Of a stretch of 64,000 bases of DNA, positions 41,510 to 55,225 are shown piece after piece (position 1 is the stretch's first letter; the number at the start of each line of letters is the position of its first letter). Both the position numbers and the translations under genes were made by a program. The stretch spans positions 63,872,464 to 63,936,463 of the forward strand of contig NC_043011.1 in NCBI RefSeq assembly GCF_006345805.1. The letters are read 5' to 3'. Source of the DNA: Octopus sinensis. Taxonomy: Eukaryota. Under the pieces are notes generated by a model that was not told the origin of the DNA, did not search any database, and saw only the letters and a program-made list of their open reading frames with translations.

Positions 41510-41787
41510 TAATCTGTATTTTTGTTATTTTTTATTTGCCCTGTCCGTGTGAGCTAACAATCGTACTGACTTTCATGGGAAACATGTATTTTTGTGGTTG
41601 AAACCTTTTGGATTAACTGGTGCTAGAGTGAGCCATATAGTGACAACTCTCTTATATTTATTTTGTAAAAATATTATAATATATTATAAAATATTATAAT
41701 AATCCAGATTTCTCGGAGCGCTAGGCCACTTGGTGTAGAATAGATATACTATTAAATTAGTATCTTATATATATATATATACCCTTA

Positions 41788-41854
<67 letters not shown>

Positions 41855-43332
41855 TATTACTGAATGAGTTAGTGTTGCAATGGAATTACATACCTTATAT
41901 ATAATACCGCTGCTGTGTAGAACCTCGTCGTGTCCCTGACAGCAAAGAGTTGATATAACGTTAATATGAATTAATAAATCAAAGTGCTCCCTCCTGTAAC
42001 GTCATTGATGTATTATCATGTGAAATATATTCACGTCGACATAAACATGAATCGTCGAATCTTTGTATCTTTGCATAGCGCAAATGTTCACGAAGAAATA
42101 AATAGATCATTTTTTTTCTCTATCTGGATTGAAGGATTCTTTATGTGAATTCGTGTGTTGAAACAAGTCTTGTTGTATTTAGGGAGAGTCATCAAAATGT
42201 CTTCTATTAATGTTTAACCAAGTTAAACAAACAATAATGATGTAGTGAAACTGAAGCAGAAGCTTTGACAATAATCTTGGCATAATGTCTCACCCTGTAC
42301 ACAACAAAGTCTATTGTCTGTGTTTCATAAATTCTCTCGCGTCAAGTTATTTTTATTAGATCAATCGTCGTCTATCACACGATGTTTTATATCACAGTGT
42401 CAATATAATATTGGTTTTGCCATCATGAAGTTTAACGAAAGACATCAGTGATGTAAGATAGAGGATGATTTATCCTCATGTGTCGCTGTCGCCAGATTTT
42501 GACGTGTGTTAGTTAGGAAACACCATTTAATTATCAATATCGTAGATACACAATAACCTGATTTTTTTAGTGGTTTTCATGGATAAACAATTACTTTTGC
42601 TTCTATAGCTGAAACTACTAATTTCAGTTTGTAAAATATTCATTTCGTATCTCGTCGAAATCTTTACAATTTCGGGTTTGAAATAAAAGCATATCAACGA
42701 ATATAAATTCACTTACGAGACACAAATGTTCAAATTGGAAACTAAAGAAAGATGTGCAATAATTGTTTACTCCATCAAAACACCCGGGAAAATTCTTGAA
42801 GTTACTGAAGTAAAAAATATTTCAAACAAAAAACGAGATTTTATTCAATGATATTTAATTCATATAAATATATAAGAACATGCAGTTGGAAATACAAAGG
42901 CGTTTATTATTCATAGCAACAAATGCTTGTTCATCGCACACCATGCTTTTCATATTCATATTTTATAAAACATATGCAACAATTGAAGCTGCACGGTGTG
43001 AAAACACATGTTGCGATGTATAATTAAAACTTATGTATGCCGGTCTCATGTAGATATTTTCATTATGATATTAATCCTATACAAAATTCATTTCTTTGTG
43101 TGACTCTATATACACGTATGTTCCACGTCTTTTTGCTACGTTCTTTAGAAGTTTATTTTACGCATTTACATAATTTAGCTTTATGAACTATACGAATAGA
43201 TTGATGTAGCAATCATGTTTTGATAACATAGATACCCAACCAGAAGTGATCCTATCTTCTATCACGGTGCTGAGCACGCCTTTCAACATAAAATTACAAA
43301 CTCTACCTTATTTTATCCTACGCATACTTTTG

Positions 43333-43334
<2 letters not shown>

Positions 43335-43391
<57 letters not shown>

Positions 43392-43500
43392 TGTGGCTGT
43401 GTGTGAACGTGTGAATGTGTGTGTGTCTCTGTGTGTGTCTGTGTGTGTGTTTGTGTGTGTCTGTGTATGTTAGTCTGTGTGTGTGTGTGCTTGTGTGTGT
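43335..43500. repeat. (TG)n array
   Basis: Direct reading. Confidence 0.9.
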
Positions 43501-44769
43501 CTAATTTTGTTTGTTATGTCTCCAAAGAGACATTAGGTTCTCCGAAGCTTAGAGATTCGCAACCGGTATCTACGCAACACATTGCAATATGGGCAAGATA
43601 TGTTCTAACACATAAACTGCATGGTGAGAACAGAAATTATGTTGAGACGCGGAATTGTGAAAGAGAAAATACGTTAGTGACGGAAGTACGCTCAGTGCAA
43701 CAGATATAGTTTTATATACATGTTTGCGTCGCGTTGTCTGAGTGTGTATGAAAGTGTTCGATAATGACGAATAAACTCAATCGTCAGGTATGTTGCTTGA
43801 AAACTATTAACACAAACATGAATACACACATATGTAATACACTCACTCACACACGCACACAAATATGCATATATATATATATATATATATAATATATTTA
43901 TAAGCTATATATATACTTTAACATAGTATTAGTAATTAAACCATGTTATTTCCTTTTCTATGGTGTTCTACCCTACTTGATTATTTTATTCCTTTATTAT
44001 TTTATAATTAGCCTTTGTTTATTTATAAAATTAATCTAATTTTTATATCTCTATAAATTCATACTTAGCGTATATAAAACTATACTGATATATTCACTAC
44101 TTATAAAAAAACACTGCTGATATTTTAATTCTATTAATATATAATTAGCATGCCCCTTAACCACAATAATCTTTTATTAATACAAGTATATACCAATTAA
44201 TCAATATTTACAGAAACCATCTAATGAGCTAGTATTTACGTGTACAATATGTATGAATATTAAACTATTTCTGGATGATTTCTTTTCCTACCCCTATTGT
44301 GGTAAAAGTTTCTTATATACTCAAAAGTATTCATAAATTTCTATCCTTTTATTATACTAGTCTTCTTAATAATGCTCTGAATAACCTTAAACTTTATCTG
44401 TATACAATATAGCAGCATTGTTTTATAGTATTTGACTGGAGTACTACATGATGAGTCTTCCCATGTTTCATTATCAATGGTCTGCCATTAGGAGACCCCC
44501 TTAAGTTTCAGCTAAAGTCTTGTATTAAGATTTCCTTTGACCAAACCTCATAATATTGCTTCCGATAAATCTTGATTTTTATGACTATAGAAACTATGAT
44601 GTCTGTCTTCACCCTCAGTCCTACCCCTAACATATACAGCCCTCTCTTCTCTTAGCCTTAGATATACAAGGGATTTGATAAACTAGTCTATAAATTAAAA
44701 CTGACCACATAAAAAAAAATATCAGTGACAGGCAGAGTCTGTAACAATGTATATATTGTTGGAAGTTTC

Positions 44770-45015
44770 AGTAACTTCTAAACTGGAGTGAGACAGCATG
44801 TTCTTTGTGTATCTCCTTAACTTCTTGGAGATTTTAGGTATAGTTATATTAATGTCTCCATCTGTTCTAAGTTAATTAAATTCTATATTTTTGTGTCGCT
44901 AAAGATTGCTTTGCATTTTAAATTGATGTAATGATTGCATTGTTCACTTAAATGGAGTTGTATGAAACGGTCGTACTGCATTACCTCTGGATATCCTTGT
45001 TGCTTATTTTGATTG
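44770..45015 (+). mobile_element. Second copy of the 5.7-5.97 kb HHR-bearing repeat; HHR more decayed (44893-44981)
   Basis: CTAAAGA..GAAAC-ggtc-GTA-ctgcat and shared flanks ttctttg..tatctccttaac..ttttaggtata. Confidence 0.55.
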
Positions 45016-45884
45016 TAATCAACTTACTTCGAAATTGTATATATAATAATTGTGTCGTCCTCGTTTCTTACAGATGGTTTCATTAATAATCAATAATTTA
45101 ATAAGAAATTTATATTAAAATTGCATTTACGTGACCTGTGTATAATTTCGTCAGAGAAAACTAGATGTCACTTCGGATGTTATATGTGGACCTGTTTATA
45201 TATTGAGATCTGGCTATATGCGGGAATATCTGTATGTCCTAATACTCACGGATTTTTGCAATGTGTATTGGTTAAGAATAAATCACAATATATTCAATTT
45301 GGTGTTAATCAGAAAAAAAGTTTAGTAACATATTTGCTGTTTCTATTATCGCCATCATAGTTATTACTTGATCGAAAGCTATCATCTGTTGATATCATAT
45401 ATTGTAACATAACAACGGTAATCGAATAGAAATCAATGAATGATGAAACCTATTATTTTGCCTTGAAGTATGAAACGTTATATTTCATTTTTTAACTAAA
45501 TATAGGAGGGGCTTCTGATATATCCCCAGGTTTATGCGTGTCGCGAAAGGCCTGATTCGAGACCAATGTTCCGTGTATTTTTATTGGACTTGGAAGCATT
45601 GAAATTTGCCTGCAATATGTTTGTGAATCTAAGAGTAGAATAGGTTGAATAAAATCCTAATTAACCCATCACCCCCTATTTTCCTTTGACCAAAGCCAGA
45701 AACATTTCAGCACTGCCTCGTGTATACCAGAAGAATGGTTTTAATTTATTGACTATGAAATAGAATCATGAGAGGATCATAGAAATACATTTTGCTGTCC
45801 TAGTTTGTTTAATTCTGTCACATTTTGAAGAATATAAATATATATAAGTGAAATGAACTATGGAATTTTATGTAGTATAATGAC

Positions 45885-45950
<66 letters not shown>

Positions 45951-47029
45951 TAATGGGTTCATGTTATGTTTGAATTTGTGCTCCCTGCACTGGACGGAGA
46001 AGGTTATGTTTACTGTTCAAAGAGCAAATATTTCGCTGTAAATAATAGAAAATATACACATTTGCTAATTTCTTTGTTATACGACTGTTTTGTATGTTAT
46101 TGTTATCATTGCCTCAAGTCTGACATGGTATATTTCATTTTATAACAATTTTCAATGGTATTTATATGATGTTTAGTTATTCTACCTCGATCTAATCTGA
46201 TATAATATTGTGTTACATAAGGATCTTTCATCAGTATGCACATATATATGTAGCTGTTAATGTACAGCAGCCGTTTAATTTTAGGGCATTTCATATGACT
46301 AAATATTTGCATTAATAAAGATTTTTCAGTATTCTTTTTAACAATACAAATATCCCCCAGAGGATAGTTAAAAGTATTTGCGCATTTTGTTATTTCCATA
46401 ACAGAGAACCACAGGTAAATTCATATTAATTGTGCGTTGGTGCATATTATGCATGCATGAAGAATATTTACCATAATATATTTGTTGTGTAGAGCTTTAC
46501 AGCCTAAACAATGAGATAATACGAGATATTCCAATAAGAACATTTCTATGAATCTTTTTCATAATAATCTTGGATAACGAGAAATTTCATAAATAACACA
46601 TTTATGAACATATTCGTAAATTATTTTATGTAAGCATGCTTGTTATTGCTCTGAATAAAATGTGGAATTTTCAGTGTTGGAAATTTTCACTAGTATGTAT
46701 AATTTTGAGTTATATTCCAAAAGGTTTGCTACTTTTTCACAAAGATAACTATGTCACCTGGATAAATGCAATTTAATATATCATTACCAGACGTCTATTT
46801 AACTGACCCGCCATGCATGTTTTTATTCCAGATTGAAGGAAAAGGCCGTAATATTAATTTGAAACCACTCTGATGAACACTGCTTGTCAGAGCTGATAAA
46901 CTTGTAGAAAGCAGTCAGGGATGAAGGCAGTTTGGAAGTGTGCAGTCTAGTATATGTAAACAGAAACTTATGATCTCCTCCAGACTACTTATTGACTAAC
47001 ATGTATGAGATGAGCATCTTCTACGGCCA

Positions 47030-47600
47030 GGCACATGAGGCGCCACGTTGATATAGACAACGAATTCGGAGCATCAGAGCTAGTTGAGAACACCAGCAAT
47101 TTTCTCGATAAAGACAGTCATGTGTGTATAAAATCAATAAACATACAGATTGGAGTTGTTGTAGAAATTCTAAACAGAATTATTCATGAAGTGGGACCCA
47201 TAAGGAGAATGTGTACAAAGTCTGTTATTAGACTGCTCAGTGAAAAAGAGACGTGTTGGCGACAGAAGGGAGGTTGTTAACCTCATTACTTTCAAATCGA
47301 GAGTAAATGACCTGTCAGGAAGGCTCGATTTACATTTATGATCCTGAAATCTAATGACAGCGTAAACAATGGAATTGTGCAGGCTCTTTTGCAGACCCAA
47401 AAACCCCAGGTGAAGCACATCCACTGGAAAGCCCATTAAAATCAACTACTTAGACAGCTAGGGCATAACTTACGTTCACTCGGTGCCCTCTGTCCAAGCG
47501 GTCAACAAAACTTTTAATATTTTACAGACGTTTTGAAGACCTCGTATTGGAGCTTTCGGCGCGAATGCTGAGCAGTACGGAATGTCGTTTCGAAATTTCT
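47030..47600 (+). mobile_element. Mariner transposase relic (HTH and start of catalytic domain)
   Basis: ELVENTSNFLDKDSHVCI..IIHE.GPIRRMCTKSVIRLL; IYIYDPE; PKKPR-like segment. Confidence 0.65.
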
Positions 47601-47758
47601 GGCAGAGTGAATTACGTCATATTGCTGCAGATCTAACAGACTGTGCCCAACTAATCCTACTCCACGGTGTAGTCGATAAAATCAAAAGCAATTATTTCGC
47701 ATGCGTGAAATTAAAAAATTTAAAATGCAGATAATTTACCCATGACAGAAGGTAAAAT

Positions 47759-47795
<37 letters not shown>

Positions 47796-48340
47796 CATAC
47801 ACACACACATACACACCGTATGGTGACAGGGAGAAATTGGAAGAGAGAGTGAGAGAGACTGACAGACAGACTGACAAATACATAGGTATAGGGAGAGAAA
47901 TATAAAGTTTAAGAAATGCATGGAAGTAATGAGAGGAAATATATCTAGCCGATTCCAATTACATGGACTTTGGTAGAATATATCTAAAACTTGAGGAGCA
48001 ATTATCACTGGGATACTCACCTACAGTGACAAGCAAATGAAACAGGACCAATTTCATGGCGAATACTCAATTCTACGTTAATCCTTGGTGATGGAATAAT
48101 GCCCAGTATGTAAAGATGCTGTGACAGATGGATGCCGACCTGAAAGTTATACATGTTACATATTGTAACTACATTTTTTTATGGTCTTCAATAATTTATG
48201 TACAAAATAGAATCGTTAAATAATGAACTATCTACTATTTACAATTTGTAAAATGGTTAAAATGGGCCTGTAAAAGCTTTGAGAAAAAATTGTTTCTTTT
48301 TTCATTTAGTGCAGTTTTAGATGACTATAAATTGAATGTT

Positions 48341-49160
48341 CACGAGGTGGTATCAAAATGTTCCTGAACTAGTTTTGTTGCACACCGGTAGATGGCAGCA
48401 CACGGTTGCGTGATCGGTGAGCTGGCAGCCACCTTCTTGAAGCACCACATCGAGTTACATCACTTTGTTTACTTCGCAAGTGGTTAAATTTGTGTTTTTG
48501 TTACAGTCTTCAATTTTATCGTGGACCTAGATGTTGGAACAAAAGCCAACGAGAAATTTTGTGTAGGTGGCACCTGATGATGATGGTTGTGTCTACTGGT
48601 ACGACTCTGAGACGAAGCAAATGTCGTCACAATGGAAGGGCACTTGATCTGTTCGACCGAAGAAGGCAAGCCAGAGTCGCTGTTCAATCAAGTGCATGCT
48701 CATCGTCTTTACGACATCCTCGGTATTGGGCATCGCGAATTCGTCCCCCAGGACCAAACCCTCAATCGCGAATTCTACTGAAACATTTGGAAGTGTATGA
48801 GGGAGGACGACACACGAAAGAAAACCGGGTCTGTGGAGCAGAAAGAATTGAATTATTTACAATGGCAATGTACCATGTCACCAAACTTTCTTTCCCTGTG
48901 TGTTTCTCACCTCGATTCTGCACCCGCCCTATTTGCCAGATTTAGCACCAGTGGACTTGTATCTGTTTCCCCCAAAAGAAGAAAATGCAGTTCAAAAGTC
49001 GCTGCATTATACTTGCTGTCGAGAACAAGAAAGAATCTCAGAAGTTCCTCAACACGTTTAGAAAACTGTCAGGAACGCTGGGAACGGTGTATTGCTTGAC
49101 GATGGTGTTAAAACGTAGGTAAAATGTTTTTTTTTTATCAGAAATATCTTGTCCGGGAAC
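48341..49160 (+). mobile_element. Mariner DNA transposon, deleted and degenerate
   Basis: YWYDSETKQMSSQWK..RPKKA..KCMLIVFYDILGIGHREFVPQDQTLNREFY; HPPYLPDLAPVDLYLFP; left TIR cacgaggtggtatcaaaatgttcc, partial right TIR gtccgggaac. Confidence 0.85.
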
Positions 49161-49349
49161 ACGACTGTTTTCGGACAATTCAGGTCTCTGTTCCTGTATG
49201 TCTTTTTATTGTTGTACGTCAGTTACAGTATGAGAGCATTTTAGGTCGCATCTCTGGCTATGGAAGTGTTTTGTAACACCCCAGTAATAATTAGTGATAC
49301 TTGTAATTCTCCATTTTGGAGAACCATTGCAAGCTGCTGTTTATGTTAA

Positions 49350-49414
<65 letters not shown>

Positions 49415-49415
<1 letters not shown>

Positions 49416-49615
49416 CGGGAAGCTTTATGAAAATAGACAAAAGACGAAGGCAGGTGGAAAACAAACAAACAATTGTATTAGTATGGCGCTCAGGAAATAT
49501 AAATAAAACAAGTCTTTAACGTTTCGAGCCTACGCTCTTCAACAGAAAGATACACAGAGAGAAAAAAAACACAGAAAGAAGGAGAGAAAAAAAATGCGTG
49601 CAGTAACTAACGAAT
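49415..49615 (-). mobile_element. Solo pLTR-like fragment between (TA)n arrays (A6U HHR family)
   Basis: Reverse complement is collinear with 37899-38030 and 55187-55318. Confidence 0.65.
49513..49550 (-). ncRNA. Minimal hammerhead-like motif, CUGUUGA (A6U) family, copy 2, intact 5-bp stem I
   Basis: tcttt-CTGTTGA-a-gagc gtag gctc-GAAA-cg-TT-aaaga. Confidence 0.6.
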
Positions 49616-49619
49616 CAAC

Positions 49620-49721
<102 letters not shown>

Positions 49722-49787
49722 CCACTTAACAATGAGGCCTTCAGCACCATACTACAAAGCACAGCCCTACTCAAGGGAGACCCAAAG

Positions 49788-50318
49788 ATGAACCGGATCC
49801 TCGAAACACACACCATCATTAAAAGTAAACGGCAACCAAAATCCTTGGAATGGATTTTAACCCAAGCTAAACTGCACCCAACATCAAACATAAAACCAGC
49901 AGTTAGAAAATGTGGAAGGCCCAACTGCGGAATCTGTGTCATCTTAGTAGAAGGTTCAGAATTTATGCTAGAACAAGGCCTTCTGTTCACTATTAGAACA
50001 AACTTCACCTGTGCATCAGAAAACTTAATTTACGATTTAACATGCACACGCTGCAATAGGCAATATATAGGCCATACAAAAAATAGCTTACGTAACAGGA
50101 TGGCGGTGCATAAATCACAAATTAGAAACCCTGAATACCGGAAAATACCGGTAAGCGGACACATAGATAGATGTGCTGCAAATGAAAATCCGAAATTTAC
50201 AACTTACCCACTTTACAAATTCAGTGACAGCGTAACCTTCACGCAACGCCGAAATAAAGGACTTTATTTCATCAAAAAATTTAGACCAAGTTTGAACACC
50301 CTGGGCCAGGAATATTAA
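49788..50318 (+). CDS. PLE GIY-YIG endonuclease domain, open for 176 aa
   Basis: [10 protein letters not shown] zinc-finger insert, [41 protein letters not shown]. Confidence 0.85.
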   Translation: MNRILETHTIIKSKRQPKSLEWILTQAKLHPTSNIKPAVRKCGRPNCGICVILVEGSEFMLEQGLLFTIRTNFTCASENLIYDLTCTRCNRQYIGHTKNSLRNRMAVHKSQIRNPEYRKIPVSGHIDRCAANENPKFTTYPLYKFSDSVTFTQRRNKGLYFIKKFRPSLNTLGQEY

Positions 50319-50564
50319 AACAAAACATTGGTCTTCCGAAAAAGAAAAAAACGAAACTCTACCACAACCACTACGACTGCCCCCACTAACACTACCACTA
50401 CTACAACCACCGTGGTCACTGTTACTACAGCCACAGTGAGAGAATTAAAATAGTGGAGGTGGGGGCAATTACAATTACTCAGATCCTTAAACAGACACTC
50501 CCGCTGGGAGGGGTATGTCTTAGGGAAGGAAAAATTTATAAAAATAATTATTTTTCTCTGCGAA

Positions 50565-50935
50565 CAGATCTGATTTTGAATAGTCAAAAAATTGATGACG
50601 TTTTCCCTCAGTAGTCAAGCTTGTCGCCATGCTTGATTGGTTTTCCTACAAGATACAGTTATGGATCAGCTCTAATTCTGATTCGTTAAAAATTGATGAC
50701 GTTTTTATTCCGGGGTCAAACTAACCAGAATACAATTATGGGTCAGATCTGACTTTGATTCGCTAAAATATTGATGACGTTTTTCTTCCGTGGTCAAACT
50801 AGCCACCTAACAGGATACAATTATGGGTAAGATCTAATTTTGATTCGCTAAAAAATTGATGACGTTTTCCTTCCGTGGTCAAACTTGTCGTTTTGCTTGG
50901 CTGGTTTCCTAAACAGTATACAGTTGGGGGTCTTT
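50565..50935 (+). repeat. Four imperfect 75-105 bp tandem repeats in the PLE 3' UTR
   Basis: Each unit contains aaaattgatgacgtttt..gtcaa..atacaattatggg. Confidence 0.8.
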
Positions 50936-51332
50936 TCCTTATAATCGTTGAAGCTTGGCTTTGATTGGTTTGGAATTATATGACGTCAGTGAACAGTGCC
51001 AGAGACCACAGCTACTACTGACTTAACTGATATAAACCCAACGATCACAAATTGACCAAAATTACGACGACCAAGAATCACTACTGTTGCTCCCATCGGA
51101 ACACAAGGTAAAATCTATAATGAACTCCTGCACTACACTTGACAAAACTCCTTATAATATATTTTTCGCCTTTTCAAGAACATGGATTCTGTTGAATGTA
51201 TATAGCATGGAATTTATTGAAAGTATGTAACAATTATGAACTGTTCCATTATATTTTTTATGCATATAGCATGGACTCTATTGAATGTATGAAACAATTA
51301 TGAACTATTCCATTGTACTCTTATTATAAAAA

Positions 51333-51385
51333 AATTCTTTTTGATAAGGTTCGTTATTTCAAGAACCGAAACATGTAAAAATTAA
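51333..51385 (+). ncRNA. Minimal type I hammerhead, U3-A8 variant, at the PLE 3' end
   Basis: ttt-TTGATAA-ggttc[10 nt]gaacc-GAAA-c at g-TA-aaa; palindromic ACATGT. Confidence 0.65.
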
Positions 51386-51428
51386 AATTTATTTAATATA
51401 GTGGCATTTTCAAACTTCTTTTTTACAA

Positions 51429-51502
<74 letters not shown>

Positions 51503-53719
51503 TTATGTCTGTGTGTGTATGTGTGTGTGTATTTTTGATATGAAGTTTCAGTCCAATGATTGTGGCCATCATTTCGAAATCCCTATCGAAAATATTCATG
51601 TTAAAGTATAATAATACATTTTCCTTTACCCACCTGTGTATGCATAAGTGACATGCTTGTGTTTGTGTTTTTCATCACCGTCACTTTTCAGCCTTAAGTA
51701 CAGCTCTATAAATCTGCCATACTTATTACTCTCCTATATGACTTGCTGTCCTGGATACGTTATTGGTGTCACATTACCCAATTAGTCGTCTTCCCAGGAT
51801 AATCTGCAGTTATACATTAAAAGACAGAATATATGATGTCAACTCGTTTAGCAAGCATAAGATTGGTGTGGTAGCCATGTCCTCTATTCAGTCACAATTT
51901 CACTCGGTCGTTCATGTCGTCAGAGTGTGTTACGAAAAATTAATTTAAATGGTCATAAGTACTCTCATTTTAATGGTAAGCACAGGAATATTGGTCGTCG
52001 ACCGTGGCCAAATTCAGCCATAATCTCATATCAGGTCTATAAGATATAATGTTATTAAAACGTTAGACAAAATTCTCTGTCACATCTTTCTTCACTCTAA
52101 GTCAGCATACACACCAGCGTACACACCCTAAAGAAGGATTATTTTTTATTCGTATTCTGTTTGGTTGAATTTATTCTCTCTAACTTCCCGTCTATCATTT
52201 TTTGTTAGTAATATAATGTCAGTTACTTAACAACAAATTTTCATTTCAAATTTTGGTACAGAACCATCAATTTGAAAGGAGAGGATCAGTCGCTTACTTC
52301 AGGCCAATTATAAATTTTACAGACTCGAAACTAAAGTCGATGTTGGAGTGAAGTCGGAAGAAACGCCTGCAAGCATGTTGCCCGTCACGGTAACAATTCA
52401 GTCAGAACCACCGCCTTTGTTTCACTACAGCTACAACAGTGCTTTTATTGAACTGGTGTGTATATGGATTAGCATGTTTGTAGTAATCTGTTTTATAATA
52501 GAAGTCGCAAACCGCCAGATATCACAGCATCCAATGAAGCTTTGTTCCAAAGTTTGCTTTGTAGAATGATTGACAAATTGCTAATGATGAAATTTAAAGC
52601 TAGACACACAGACACACAAACAGTAAGGACGTTAAGAAACAGTAAAGATTTTAAGTTCAACCAGCCATCTTGGAGAAAGGGTTGTGAATATGTTTAAGTG
52701 TGAACACATTTTTATCACTTGACACTTCAGCCTGTTGAAGAATGATGCTGACGCATAGACTGGAATTCATAAAAAATATTCAGTTTGTTATGCTGAACGT
52801 AGGTAAAAGCAAATTCCATTGGTATACAAAGGAAAAGTGATTATTTTGAGTCAGGTAACATAATGTTTTCACTGAAATAGATTTTTAGTATGATGTATAG
52901 TATTTTTTGGCGTTTTGGCTATATTTTATTACAATTTTCAACTAAATTATAATCTACTGTAAAAATATTTATGATATCCATGGCTTAGTTGTAAAGAACA
53001 TGTCAAATTCATTTTCTTTACAACCTCATATATATATAAAATGTGTATATTGTGGTTGCGAGAGAAAACATCTGTTTATATCCGCTTCGTGAATATCAGA
53101 GATAATTATGTTTATGAGACAATATCCTACAAGCAGCTTGACATTAACAAAACTGCTCGGAATGAAGGTTTTCATCTTTATGTCGCTTCTTATTGTTGGT
53201 ACGTAACCAAATATCTAATTTCAATGAAAGGTCTATGGCTTATTTAACTAGTATGCCTTCGAGATTCAATGCCAAAAATAACCATATATTCATTTGTCAA
53301 TATATCTCGTTATTTAATCACCTCTATTGAACTATCCCTTACATTATTTGTTGATCCACATGCCAATCTCACAAACTATGTTCTCAATTTTTACTTCTAT
53401 CGACTTGTAAACAGACACTCAATTTTTTAAACTGACCTTCTTTCGCTTTATGAATCTCACCCTGAAGCTACAAATATATCTGCAGACAGAAAACGATTCA
53501 TAAGTAACGACGTTTTTCACAGCATCCGCTTCAGGTGCACTCATATTAAATAACAAGATTACCAACATTAACGTGTACTTTTGAACATTATTTTATATAA
53601 AGTTACGAGAGATATTCGAGGATAGGAATTTGCCAAAACATATCTTTTTATATTGCAATGTAAGAGTAAAAAAAAGTATGATTTTTGCATACGTATAATT
53701 AACTAGGTTTAACTTTCAA

Positions 53720-54130
53720 AGTTCCAAAATAGACAGAAGCATCACATACACTACAAAACATGCCCCCACGGAGATACATCGGATATACCGGACCTTCTCT
53801 GGGATAACGTGTTTCCACCTTATACGCCCTACATCAACGTGACGAAGCATTACAAGTTATGCATAGCTGAACGTGCGGGAATCCTAAATGACTCGCTCGA
53901 ACCAGGGAGCATCCTTACCTCCAGAACAGAGATTTTCAAGCCATGCTTACATTTCAAGATATTCCTGCCAGCATTTTGGAGCCCGAAACATGCCAGCACA
54001 ACCGGAAGTCGATAGCCAATGGGAAAGGGAGATAATCATGTTGTTTACTTTGTAGGGAAGCTTTAACCTTCCATCTTTTGAATAAGTCCTAGGCCAACAG
54101 GTTTTGGGGTCTGACGAGAGGCCATGTATG
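53720..54130 (+). mobile_element. Naiad/Chlamys-type PLE C-terminal relic
   Basis: PY..VTKHYKLCIAERAGIL..LTSRTEIFKPCLHFKIFL matches the C.LCL.EK..I..LN.R.E....C.H pattern. Confidence 0.6.
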
Positions 54131-54846
54131 TATGTATGTTATCTTATTTTGTATGTATGTATGAAAGAATGAATGAATGTATGTATATTATCTTATTTTT
54201 GTAAATGTATCGTTAAAAGTAATTCAGCATATCAGACTATTCATATGTTTTAAAGTATTCAAGTAAAAGAAATTACAATGATATTAGTTACAGGGTTATT
54301 TCAATTCCAGCCTTTAGTTGGCTGTGTGGATTGAATCTTTCGTTATACTACCTGACCAATGGGGAGAAAAGGAACTCTGACGTCGTTTATATTATTTCTG
54401 GTTACATTCAGTAAACGATATCTATTTATTCACATAAATTTTGAATAATGCAATATTTAATGTTGAACCTAAATATTAACGAGTTGCAAAACCAGAAATT
54501 AAATTAATCGTTAAAATCAACCACGGAATAATAACTATCTGGCGAAGTAACCAATCATCAAGGGATCGCTTTTGTCAAAAAGGTTTCCATATCAGGATGA
54601 AATAAAGGACTAAACAACTTGCATAATTGAACTTCGAAAATGTTTGATAATTTCTTGCATTCTAAATAGTCGTGCCTATAATCTTGAAAATTAGTGCGTA
54701 ACTAGATCTTGATATACCAATCTAGGCAATTATATAAATTCATCAGTTTTCTTATCACTAATTACACAAAATATATTCCACTGAGGATTGCGTTTTTATG
54801 CTATATTTTATATCTATGAGCTACTAACATTAATCTAAAATTTTAG

Positions 54847-54946
54847 GTCCTGATGGAGTTTCGACGTGCACTGAAAAAGCAGACGCTTATTGCAAGGAGG
54901 CGAAGATGTCTTATAATGAAATGGTGTTATCGACTGAGTTCTGCAA
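54847..54946 (+). CDS. Candidate host exon, unassigned
   Basis: ttttag| and |gtatta splice signals; open frame PDGVSTCTEKADAYCKEAKMSYNEMVLSTEFC. Confidence 0.2.
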
Positions 54947-55186
54947 GTATTACGAATTCAATTCTATAATTATTTTTTAACGCACGCACACACAGACATA
55001 TAAATGACAGGCTTCTTTAAGTTTCCGTCTGTGAAAACCACCCTCAAGGCTTAGGTCGGCACGTGGCTATAGTAGAAGACACTTCCACAACTTCACATGC
55101 AGTTGGACTGAACATGGAAATGCGTGTTTGGAAAGCAAAATTCATACCATAGAACCACGCATGCACCTCCTGTTTATTTCTGCGTT

Positions 55187-55225
55187 GAATTCTGTCGAAG
55201 AGCGCAGGCTCGAAACGTTAAATAC
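55187..55225 (+). ncRNA. Minimal hammerhead-like motif, CUGUCGA (A6U) family, copy 3
   Basis: tt-CTGTCGA-a-gagc gcag gctc-GAAA-cg-TT-aaatac; shared 3' flank to 55318, then (TA)n. Confidence 0.55.

Larger units (their letters stand above)
39836..41785 (+). mobile_element. Retrozyme-like element: one inverted partial unit plus about three tandem ~539-bp HHR units, in (TA)n
   Basis: Unit starts (g)aaatttggcgcgctg at ~40224, ~40764 and ~41303; 39836-40193 is the reverse complement of 40224-40585; each unit carries a hammerhead. Confidence 0.85.

Noticed and set aside
40224-41765. Possible CRISPR-like or simple satellite interpretation of the tandem array
   Set aside because: Eukaryotic DNA; the units are full-length near-identical copies without unique spacers, and the embedded hammerhead explains them better
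46870-46922. CTGATGA-ACA..TGT-A-GAAAGCAGTC
   Set aside because: G-G clash in stem III and only a 2-bp stem I
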